Shown here one piece after another: positions 8,381 through 19,500 of a DNA stretch of 42,993 nt; positions within the stretch are counted from its first letter, which is position 1; every line of letters starts with the position of its first letter. The position numbers were made by a program, and so were the translations under genes. Where the stretch lies: positions 1 to 42,993 of IMG/VR virus record IMGVR_UViG_3300044448_004019. One strand, given 5' to 3'. The DNA is from a virus. Taxonomy: Duplodnaviria; Caudoviricetes. A model generated the notes under the pieces. The model searched no databases. It saw only the letters and a list, made by a program, of their open reading frames with translations, and was not told where the DNA came from.

Positions 8381-10515
8381 TGCCGATTAGAGTGCCATCG
8401 GGTCAGCTGCGTCCAGGGTCGATCGACTCTGTGCAGCCTGTTCAAACGCAAAGCCCCGGCCCAGCGCAAGGCTTGCAAGCGCAGCAACTCGGGCAGACCG
8501 CCCGTGTGGTAGGTCAAGTCGGCGCGGCGACGGCTAAACTTGGGACCGCGCTAGTTAAGGACGCCAACGACGCAATGAGCAAGCAGCAAGCGACGCTGCA
8601 CGCGCGCGACCTTGACAGTTTGCTTGGCGAGTACACGCGACTGCAATCGTACGACGCCTACGAAGGCCGCGAACAGTTTGAAAAAGAAGCGGCTAAACTG
8701 CGCGAGAAGTACGCGAAGAGTCTGGCGAACCAAGACCAGATGACAATGTTCGACACGATGGTCGACGCGCAGATGAGCCAAGCGATGGGGCGTGCGCGTC
8801 AACACCACTCCAAGCAGACGCGTCTCTGGAACATCGAGATAACGCAAGTCAACATGAACCGGTTCGCTCAGGAGTACAGCGAAGCGGCAGCAAGCGACGA
8901 CGAAGAGCTTGAGTTCTTCGACATGGGCGAAGGTTCGCAGCAGCCTACTACGGCTAACGTGGGGCGCGAAGACCGCATGGGCGTTGCTCGTGCTGCGATG
9001 GAAACAGAGTTCGGCAAGTTGCAACAACTCGCCGGGCTAGACGCTGCGACGGCCAAAGCGCACAAAGAAACAGCGGTGCAGGACTTGCACAACGCGACGT
9101 TCGGCATGCTGATGGATCAAGACCCGCGCAAAGCCCAGCGCTACCTAGAACAGCACAAAAAAGAGTTTGACCCCGCACGCGCGGCTGCGGCAGGTGAGAA
9201 GCTAAAGCGAGAGTTCTTCAACGCTGAAACGCTAGCTACTGTTCGGGCATTGATGGCGGACGTCGGTGATGACCCGGCGGTCCAGCAAGAAGCGCTGACC
9301 GCGCTGATTAACGACGAAACTGACCCGGACAAAGCAGCGCGCTACGCGCAGTACGGGAACGCTGAGCTTGCACGCTCACAAGAGGCGTACACAAAACAAG
9401 CAAACGAAGTAGTAGCAACGGCAGAGGCGTGGTTTTTTGACCCGGCTAACGCGGGCAAGAACTACGACGAAGCTCCTGTATCTTTGCGCAACAGCGTAGA
9501 ACGGTTTGGCGTTCAAGAGGAGATCCAAGAGATTGTTGGCGAGCGAGCGCGTCGCACAGCGGTTAGCCAATTCGCCGCCGTTTACCAAGACCCACGCCCG
9601 CTAGTGGGAATGCCAGAGCACGAGTTGTTGCGAAGGTACAACCGTTACCTCAGCACGGATGACATGCAGGTGCTGAAGGCTCTTTGGAAAGAGGTAAACG
9701 CTGACCCAAGCCGCGGCCCCGCGCCGAAGTTTGTGACAATCCAAAAAGCTGCCTCTTTGGCTCTGTCGAAGTACGGGTTTACTGAGCAAGCTCTTAAAGA
9801 CGACCCCGCTTTGGTGGCGCGTCGAGACGCGTTTCTTCTCGACATGCAACGGCGCGCAGACCGCGACGAGCTTGATGGAATGGGTCCGTCGCAGCTGCAC
9901 GACTTCATGTCGGACTTGCTGGCGTCGCAGACGACGTTTGAGGACACGTCGTGGTTCGGTGGACTTTTTGGAGCCGAGTACGAAGAAGGCACTCCTTTAG
10001 CTCTGCTAACTGACGAGCAGTTCACGTCCGGCAGCCACAAAATCGCTTTCCTAGACCGCGAAGGCCGCACTCAATACGTGTCAGTTAACGAGATCATGCC
10101 GGGCCGCGACAAGAGCGAACGCGGCGCGTACAACTTGCTGCATACGTACGCGACGCAAACCATCCAAGACACAAACAAAGTCGCCATTGCTCCGCTCTTA
10201 AAGGTTGCCAGAACAAACCTTGCTAAAGCGTACGGCGAGAGTGACAGCGCGGGGGTAGAGGCGGCTACGCTTCAGATAATTGAACTGCAAAGGCAACAAG
10301 AGCGAACAGCTACAATGCAAGACGTCGCCGCTTTGTTCCATCTTTTAGGTCGCACCAATGACCCCAACTTGATCGCCAAACGGTGGAGTCAATACACTAG
10401 CGGGGTGGCGCCAAAAGGGTTTAAGGCCGAGCCGCATCGACCTCTTGGGTCTGATGACGTCGGTTTCATCCTCCGTGAAATCAGTAACGTCCGCATCGGG
10501 GGAGGCGGCGTTTAA
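8380..10515 (+). CDS. Internal virion (ejection) protein, T7 gp15-like position
   Basis: 711 aa, helical, with a Pro/Gln-rich 'MPIRVP' N-terminus. One-base overlaps with both neighbours. Confidence 0.6.
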   Translation: MPIRVPSGQLRPGSIDSVQPVQTQSPGPAQGLQAQQLGQTARVVGQVGAATAKLGTALVKDANDAMSKQQATLHARDLDSLLGEYTRLQSYDAYEGREQFEKEAAKLREKYAKSLANQDQMTMFDTMVDAQMSQAMGRARQHHSKQTRLWNIEITQVNMNRFAQEYSEAAASDDEELEFFDMGEGSQQPTTANVGREDRMGVARAAMETEFGKLQQLAGLDAATAKAHKETAVQDLHNATFGMLMDQDPRKAQRYLEQHKKEFDPARAAAAGEKLKREFFNAETLATVRALMADVGDDPAVQQEALTALINDETDPDKAARYAQYGNAELARSQEAYTKQANEVVATAEAWFFDPANAGKNYDEAPVSLRNSVERFGVQEEIQEIVGERARRTAVSQFAAVYQDPRPLVGMPEHELLRRYNRYLSTDDMQVLKALWKEVNADPSRGPAPKFVTIQKAASLALSKYGFTEQALKDDPALVARRDAFLLDMQRRADRDELDGMGPSQLHDFMSDLLASQTTFEDTSWFGGLFGAEYEEGTPLALLTDEQFTSGSHKIAFLDREGRTQYVSVNEIMPGRDKSERGAYNLLHTYATQTIQDTNKVAIAPLLKVARTNLAKAYGESDSAGVEAATLQIIELQRQQERTATMQDVAALFHLLGRTNDPNLIAKRWSQYTSGVAPKGFKAEPHRPLGSDDVGFILREISNVRIGGGGV

Positions 10516-13500
10516 TGCTTGACTACTCGCAAGATCCGCAAGATCCGCAAGACCCGCAAGGGCCTGTTCAAAGCCCTACCCCAAAACCGCCGCGCGAGTT
10601 CAGTCAAGTCGAGCGGTTGTTTAGCCTGAGTCAAACTCCAGGCTTGCCACAAAACGTGCGTGACGGTCTGCGTTCTCGCGCGAAAGAAAAACAAGGGACG
10701 TTGCTGTCGCTGGCCGTAGCGACGAAGCAAGACCCGCAGCTTGCCGCTGAAACCAAGCAGATGGCCGAGCGGCTTGGCGTTTCAGAACAAGACGTCGCCA
10801 ACAACCCGACGTACGCAAAGGCGCTGCTCCAGGCTGTTGAGATCCAGGCTGCGGAACAGGCGCGGCGCGACCCGGTGCTGACCCGGTACATGCAAGACCC
10901 CGAGCTAGCCAAGATTGCTTGGGACGACTACACGACGCTCAAATCAGGCGGCGTCTGGGTAGGCAACTGGGCGGGCGGTCAGCTTGAAGCAGAGAAGGGG
11001 CGTGTCGGCACGCTGTGGCGCCAGAACCGAGCGACTCCTGCAGACATGGAGTATCTCGCCGAGATTGAGCACCAATTGCTGTACGAGTTGCCTAGCGGCA
11101 ACTCGTGGTACGGCGGACCCGCGCGCTTGCTCGGGCAGATGTCGAGCACGATCCCAAGGGCGTTAAGATACGGCGTTTCGCTTGCCGCTACCGCAGGCAT
11201 TGTGGGGCAGATGGGGCCGCAAGCGGCTTTCCCTGAAGAAGTGGTCACGATGCCCGGCGCGTTCTGGACCGGGTTCTACACCGGGATGACCGAAGGCGCT
11301 TTCAAGATTGAAGGCGGCATTGCGTACGTTGATTACCGCAGAGCAGGCTACGACCACGAAACCGCCCGATGGTCGTCGTTCGTCGTCGGTGCTCTGAACT
11401 CTGCCGCCGAGCTTGTAGCGACTAAGTACTTTACCGTGCCTGCGCTTAAAGGCATCGGCAGCGCTGCTGCCGCTGGCGTGCGCAAGCTGATGCAACGCAA
11501 GATCCGCGAGAACACGGTGGAAGCTGTGACTGCGATGACGGCGGGCAGAGCGCTGCTAAAGTTTGCAGGCGGTGTTGCGGGGGGATCTGCTAGCGAAATC
11601 TCGACGGAAGAGTTCCAAGAGTTGACGCTGATGGTGGGCGAAGAGATTTCGCGCGCGATGTCTGACACGGTCGGGCAGCAGATGAAGACGCGCCGCAAGA
11701 GTTTTCGCGGCGTAGACCGAAGCCCGCTGGGAGTCGGCGAAAAAGGCGACTACGACATTCGCTACTCTGACGACGGAATCACGGTCGGAGCAGACCTGTT
11801 CACCGCTGTCACTGGGATGAAGACCGACCGGCCAATGCGCCTGGGAGTCGACTACGACGAAAACGTCTTTGCCGAGCAGTACGACATTGCGTTGCCGCTT
11901 TCGTCGGCTTTCCAGCGCGGTGAGGTCATGCAGCGTCTTGCAGAGACTGCGATCTACACCATGAAGGGTGTGTGGCTGCTTGCGGGCGTCGGCCCCGGCG
12001 TGCAACTCGCTATCGACTCCCACCGCGTCAAGGGGGCCAAACGTCGCCACGAACTCTTGCTTAAGGGCGACGACGCAGCTGCGCTGTCGAAGCTGGCCGA
12101 GCGAGACCCCAACACGTTTGAGCGCTACTGGGCAGACCAGTTTCAAAACCAAGACGGCGAGGGGCGGTCAGACACTGTTTACGTAAACAAAGAAATCGTG
12201 ACCCGGCTGCTTGAAGGGCTGGGGATGACGAAGGAAGAGCTTGCAGTTTTGCTGCCTGACGTGGCTCGCCAGCTTGACGAGTCCGCAGACGTTGACTCAG
12301 ACATCGCCATTCCGGTATCGGAATGGTTAGGCAAGAAGCTGTTTAACACGCCTCTCGGCCAAGCTATGCAGGACCACCTGCGGCTAGGTGGTAAGGACTC
12401 GCTTAGTTTTGCTGAGTCAGCCGTCTACAACAAGCAGGTTGAAGAGCAGGTAAAAGCTCTTGAAGAGAACCGCTCGAAACTTCGCGCGGCTCGCCAAGAG
12501 CGCCGAGACGCTGAAGCGCAAGCAGGCAAAATTGAAGAGCTTGACGAGCAGATTGCAGCTGTCGAAGAAGACATCGCCAATCTAGGTTTGAACGAGCAAG
12601 ACGCTGAAAAGCTTGCGGAAGCCCACGTCAAACTAGAGGCTTTGCAAGAGCAACGCGCCGAAGTCGAGAAAGTCGCTAGCGAAGCTGAGGTTAAAGACCG
12701 CGCAGCCGAGATGCGCGTCGAGGCGCTCGAAGCTCAAATCCAAACGGCGAAGGCCGAAATCGCAGATGCTCGGCAGGCTGCAGCACAAGCGCGTCAAGAC
12801 GACAACCTTGCAGTAGCCGTGGCGCAAGACGCGCTAGCGGACAGCGCGCAGAAGCGTTTGGACGAAGCGCAAACGGAGCTAGGTAAAGCGCGACGCGAGC
12901 TAGCAGAACGCCAAACTGTAGAAGACGAAGCGCAAGCCGAAGAAGCGGAACAGAAAGCGCCTGACGCGCGACAACTTGCGCAGGAAACAACGCGGATTCG
13001 TCAGCGTCTGCTTCGACAGTTGAGAAGCACCGGGAAGTTTGACAGCAGCCAAGCGCGAATTCAAAGCGGGCTGTTCGCGCACATGTTGGAAGTCATGGCC
13101 GTGCGGCTCGGCATGACGCCAGAAGCGTTTGAAGCCAAGTATGGCCAGTTTAACATCGTTGCAACTGCTGACGGGGCCGCAGCAGTGCCGATGCAGCAGA
13201 CGCAAGCGGCGATCGTTCAAGCGACTGAAGTTGTTCAAGTAGACAACACCAGTGCGTTTAACAACGAGTTCCCCGAGATGCGCGTTGCGCAAATCGACGA
13301 CAACTTTGTGTACTTTGTCGTTCGGACCGAAGACGCGCAAACGCTGCTAAACGATCAGCAACTAGATCTTGACGCCGTGCCGCTAGGTCTAGGGTCCGCC
13401 CGAACTGGCGTTCGGTTCTGGGTAGAGCGCGCCAAAGAGTTGACGGGGACCGACAAGCTTACCGTGGTGCGTGTCCCGCAAGCGCTCGTTAACGCTGAAG

Positions 13501-16500
13501 GGTCTGCTTTGCGCTACGACAAAGCGCAAAGCGATCAAGCGCAGGCCGAGACGTTTAAGCTAGACAGTACGCTTGACCTCGGCGAAACGGCTAGGGAGCA
13601 GTACAACGAGCTAGTTGCGGCCCGCAACGCAGTAGTTCAAGAACTGTCCGAGACCGCGCTGTTGTCGGCGCTCGCCCAAGGCAACAGCGTCCCGGTAGCC
13701 TCGCTCAGCGCTGTGCAAAACGCAGGGCAACTTGGGTCAGGCGGTGCGATCACGCTTGTCGGGACTAAAGATTCGCTTGGGCCGTCCGCCACGTCAGGGG
13801 CGGCTCAAGACGCCGCGGCTTCGCGCGCCGTTTCCATGCAGTCCCAGGTTTCGCCGGAAGGTCAGCAGTTCTTGCAAGACCGCCTAGAAGCCGCGCTTAC
13901 TCGATTTGTAGAAGCGGGCGGCGACGTCAAAACCCTAGGGCCGGAGTTTACGGAGATCATCTACCCGTCGCTGCCCGGCAACACGACAACAAGCCCGCTT
14001 TACGCATTTGTCCAAGCCAACGCCGATAACCATTTCTTGGTTCACGCGTTGCTGTCTACACCGGGTCGTGCGCCAGCAATCGCAATCGCGGACGACGCAA
14101 TGTTCACCCGCGTCACGCGACCGCTTGGCTACGAGTTCTTTGACCAAGAACTCGCGTCGTACCTAGCGACTGAGGGAGCGCGTATTCTGCAGGTGCTGCC
14201 CGCCACCGCGAGACTTGTCGAGGTGTCGGCTGAACTGCGCGAGCAGTTGGGCGCAGCAGCGTTGCGCACCGGGCGGCAGGATTTGGTAGACAGCTTGACT
14301 GCCCCCGACGCAGCCGCCGTCATGCAGGCGGCTACGCTTCGCCAGCTTGTGGCTGCAGCGGAGATGTACAATTCGCTTGCCGTCAACACCCAAACGCTTA
14401 GCCGCGCTAACCGCGAAAAGGTGCTCCTAGACTACATGGGGCGCTACATTTCAAACCAGCTTCAGCTGAACGGGGAGTCAGTCGAAGCGACTCCAGAGAA
14501 CATTCTTGAAGCGGCGGTACGTCTTGACCGCTCAGCTAGCGGCGCAACCGGCCCGTCTGTAATTAACGGGCGGTCCAACACGATCTCGCTAACGGCGGCA
14601 CGAGACCAACTCGGCCCGTCGTTGTACGGCCAGCGGTGGCATTTTGGGGTTCGCGCGAAGTCGTTGGAGTTCCAACGGTTTGAGGTTTGGCGAGAAGCTT
14701 TGACCAACGGCAACCGCCAAGCGTGGGGTGAACCTGCGCTGCGTGCGTTGTTCGCGGTAACGCAGCAGGACAGCCCCACGGTAGAGACCGCGTATCGAGC
14801 GCTAGAGGCGCACGGGTTTACGGACGTTGCACCCGACGTTGTGCAAGAGACCTTGCAGATTGCGGAGCTTGTTCGCGCCAACCCGTTTGACTTCTTTGAA
14901 TCGCAACTAGACCAGAGCGTTGGGATCGACCGGTTCCAAATTGCGATGGTGTCGCCAACTGTTGACCAAGTGACTCGTCGCGCTTTGCGCGACCGCGGGC
15001 TTCGGGTTTTTGTGTACGGAGCGCGCCGCGTTGTCGACACGACTAAAGCTCTAAACACGCTCGACGACGGAAGCGTTTTGCGGCAAGACCAAGACCCGCA
15101 AAGCGACATCGGCCCGCTGTACTCTAGGCTCACCCGCGCGATCCAGACTACTGAGGGGAAGAAAGCCAAGTCAGCCGCGCAGTGGCGACAAGCGGCTAAC
15201 GCTTGGAGGAACAAGGGTGCGGTAGGTGAAACCGAACTTGACTACTCCGGCTTCGAAGAGTTGATGACGATCATGGAGGCGGAAGGCATCAAGGCTACGC
15301 CTGCCGAACTCGCTGAAGCGTTCACCACTCGCAAGGCTGACACGTCAGTTGCGGAAGCCGCCGGTCGCGCGGGCGCAGGCGAAATCCGCTTGCGGGAGCT
15401 TGATCTGCTTCAGTCTCCGATTTTGAAGTACGAAAGCGACGGCTACGCTGCGGTTTCAGTCAGTACGCCTCGGTCGGTGCCGCACCCCGAAACGGGCCGC
15501 TACGAAATCGTTGCCGTGAGTTCGGAGACGGTCGATACCTCCAACATTCACCGAGGGTACAGCGCTTTTAGCGTTACGCCTGACGGGCTGATTACAGCGA
15601 TTGCGCGACTGCAACTGCGGGACCAAAAAGGAGCGTTCCCGGTCAGCGCTGAAGACGTCGCAATTCTCTCCCAGCAGCAAGACATCTTCACCGACCCTCT
15701 GCGTTTGGATCAGTCAGACGCCGTTACCCGTTTCTCGCAGGGAGATCCGGTTGTTGTGTCGGCTGCGCTGTTTGCTGAGCTAGGCCAAGACGTTCAAGGC
15801 GCAGCCTACGTGTTGGTCGACAGGCAGTCGGTGCTAAGCGAAGACAACCTCGCGATGTCCGACCAGCAGATTGCGCAAGAGTTTTTTAATCTGCTGTCGC
15901 AACGAGCGCAGCAAGACGATTTGGAATGGTTCGCGCTTCCGACGTCACTGGACGCATCCCGCATTTCTATCGCTGCCGAAACGTACAAACTGGACTGGAC
16001 TGCCGACGAACGCGCGTACGCGGTTAACCGCGGCGAGACTCTGGAAGAGTCGCCGTTTGAAGGGCAAGTTTTTGCAACTAAGGAGGAAGCAAACTCGGCA
16101 CTTGCTCAGAAATACCCGCCGACGGCTAGCATGTCGGTCGGCGCAAACACCACTGCAGGCCAGCGAGGCTTGACCATCTCAATCGCGGATGGGCAGTGGC
16201 TCATGGTTGAGAACGAGACTGGAGACGAAATCGCGACGTCGGAAGAATACCCTGGCGTTCGGCTAGCAGACCCGACGTGGGCTGCCAACGCTGGGACCGG
16301 GTACGCCGATGAAACCGACGTCATCAGAGACATGGTGGGGGAGGCGATGGTGCCTTGGTTGCGGGCGAACGCGAAGAAGCTGAGCAGTCTCCAGCCGTAC
16401 ACGCAATGGCAGGGTATTACGCTAGCCGCTAAGACTTCAGGGTACGCCAACCCAGAAAACTACCGAGAGTTCGTGTGGGTCTTTGACACCAGGGCCAAGA

Positions 16501-19500
16501 AGGTAGGCAAACCGCCGCGAGGCTCCGGGTCAAACCAATCCTACTACCACTTCCAAGACGCAATCTTTCACGTTCGCGTCTACGACGTCTACGACGCGCA
16601 GGGCCGCAAAATGCTCTGGGTGCAAGAGTTCCAAAGCGACTGGGCGCGTGCAGGCTACGCGCAAGGCTTGTTTAAGTACCCAGAAGCAAAGCGCGGCCCA
16701 GACAGCGCTGTGGTTAAAGAATACAACAAGCTGAAAGATCAGCTGGACGTCGCACAGCGGGAGTATTCGGTATACGAAGACGCAGCGGTTAACCGTCGCA
16801 TTGCCCTTTCCAACAACCTAGGCGACTTCTCGTACAACGAAAATCAGGAGTTTAGTCCGGCTGGAAAGATCTTTTTGAGCAACGGGGAATTAGCCGAGTG
16901 GGGTTTGCGGAGACGCGGCACCTACCCCGATTTTACAGGGGGCGAATATGTCGACGTAGTGGTGAGAGCAGACGAAGCCGCAGACATCCGAGGCCGAGGT
17001 GCAGAAGCTGAACTTACTGTCGGCAGAGTTCGCATGCTCACGCGCAGCCACGTAGACGGAAGCAAGGCGTTCGCTCAAAACGCCACCTTGGAGTTTGAGG
17101 TAGCAGGTTTGCACTACGACTTTGCGAACCGCCCCGATATGGCCAACATCGACGTGGTTAAAACTCGGGACTTCTACACCGATCTTGCCGTTGCGCTGCC
17201 TTTCAAGCTTATGACGCTTCTTAAGGCTGAGCAGGTTGCGTTGACTACGTCACGCGACATCTCAGGGAGTCAAACCGCTGACCTCAACCAAGCGATACGC
17301 GACAACTCCGACTTTGTCGACGTCAGCAGCAGCACTGTCGATAAGATGGAGATCAACCAATCAGACGAACTGAGCGGATACCTTAGCGTAACGCGAGTTG
17401 ACCAGTCGCTTGTTGACTCTCGCAAGACGCTAGCTGAGAAAAAGAAGCCTCTTCTAGCGCTTCAGCAGCGCGTTAAGAAAGCGGAGAAGATTGCGACGGG
17501 CCAAGGCTCGATCAACATTGCCCCGCTGGTGACGTCTCGTAACGCGTGGAACGAGTTTGCCGTCAAGCGAGTTACCGCGTTGGCGGTCAGAGAAAACTAC
17601 GCGGGTGTGGTTTTCATCACGGGCGACGAAGGCCAAGTCGCGTCCTACGGCGTCTTGTCAGGGCAGCGAGCGGCGTACGACACAGACTTGCCTAACGCGG
17701 TTAAGAAATCTGTCCTTAAGAAAGGGAAGGCGAAGCTAGAGAAGATCGCGATCCCGTTCCACCGAGACGTTAAAGCCGCTGACGAACGGTCCGAACAGGG
17801 CATTAAGCCGTCTGCCCGAGAGGTCAAGGCAGAGCGCCAAGCGTTGCGCGACGATGCAAACAAGGCGCAAGGCGTTCTTGAACACTCTATGCGGGAGGCG
17901 TTTAAGTTCACTTTGCTCCATGATTTGGTCGACGCTGAAGCGACCGACTTCTGGTCGACGTCTATGTCGGACGCCCAGTTCCAAGCGCTGAAACCCCTGC
18001 TTAAAGACGAGCTTCTGCCGTATGCAGTCTCTGCAATAAGTTCCGGCTACTCGGTGTTTACGGCAAACGACAACGGCACGGTGACCGTTGAGAACTACCC
18101 GCTTTGGTCTCGACGCCAGAGCAACAAGTTCAACGAAAAGATGGCCAAGCATTTGGGGCACCAGCTTAGGCAAATTTCGCCGGTTGATAAGGTCGGCGGG
18201 GCAGTGCCCCCCTTGGACAAAGACGCGCTTTTGCCGGAGGTCTCTGACGAAAACTTTGTGCAAGGGTGGGACGCCAACTCAAACCCAGTGCAAGAGTTCG
18301 CAGGGTTGCAATGGAAGTACGTTGAACTCACAAACCCGACTTACGGGGACATTCTGTACGTGGTGCGCCACCCCAACCACCCGGCGATTGAGTTCTACAT
18401 AGGCACTAACCGAGCGTATAACCGGTTTAGCATCGCCCCGGTGTACGTTCGCCGCAGAGAAGGCCAAGCGGCTCTTGCTAACGGCGACCTGACCGACGTT
18501 GAACTTGCAGACTGGGCGACGGCCATTAAGCGGATTCGAACGGAGTTCGACATTGGCGTTAAGTTCGTGTCGCGGTTTGCCACCAAGCTAAGCGAGATTG
18601 ATTACGCAGAGCCGTCTGTCATTGAACGTCGGCAAGGTCGCCGTTCAGCGGAAACCTCCGTTCTTGCACAACTCAACAACGCTGAAAGGGTAGACGACTG
18701 GCGAGCCTCGCGAGACACAAAGCGAGTTACCGCGGTACCCCGCAGCGCTCTTGCTAACACTCAAAGAAAGGTCGCCGAAACCCGCTCGGTTGAAGACGTA
18801 GACCGGTACTTAGAGGCGTTTGTTGAAGACCCGGTCGCGCGCGAAAAGATAGCGGAACGAATTGCAGACGATCTTTTAGCTGTTCAAGAAGCGACTGCTA
18901 AAAGTGGATGGAACCCCGGCTTCTACATCAACGACAAGATTCGTCAGATGTTTGGGGGCGAACAGCCCTATCTGCAAGAGGGCGAAGAAGACATGGCTCC
19001 GGCGCGCGGGGCGATCAACTTGCGCACCATGGCGGTGTCGCTTGGCCCAAATGCCAGCGTGTCGACGTTCTTCCACGAGTCGGCGCACTACTTCTTTGAG
19101 CTAATGTTGATGATCGCGCAACGGGGAGACGCGACACAAGACATTCTTGATGACCTCGCCGTGCTAGCCGAGTGGGGTAACTACGCCAGCGTCGACCAGC
19201 TACTGCAGGCGACTCGCGCCGAACGCAAAAAGCTGCACGAGGCGTTTGCGTATTCGTTCGAAAAATACCTCGCAAACGGGAAGGTTGAGTCTGCAGACCG
19301 CTCGCTGCTAGGGCTGTTGCGGTCTGTCCGGCGGTGGATCGTCAACGCTTACCGCGACATGGTTGGCAGCACGGTCAACGCGATCTACCAGCGAGAGTTC
19401 GGCGAAGCGATGCCGGAGCTTAGCGAAGAGGTGCAGGCGGTTATGAGCCGTCTGATTCAGACTCAAGAGATGGTGGAGTACGCCAAAAAGGTGCGCTCTC

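Noticed and set aside
10530-10560. CAAGATCCG tandem repeat (QDP x3) at the start of the giant gene
   Set aside because: Short in-frame low-complexity linker; a 9-bp unit cannot cause phase variation.
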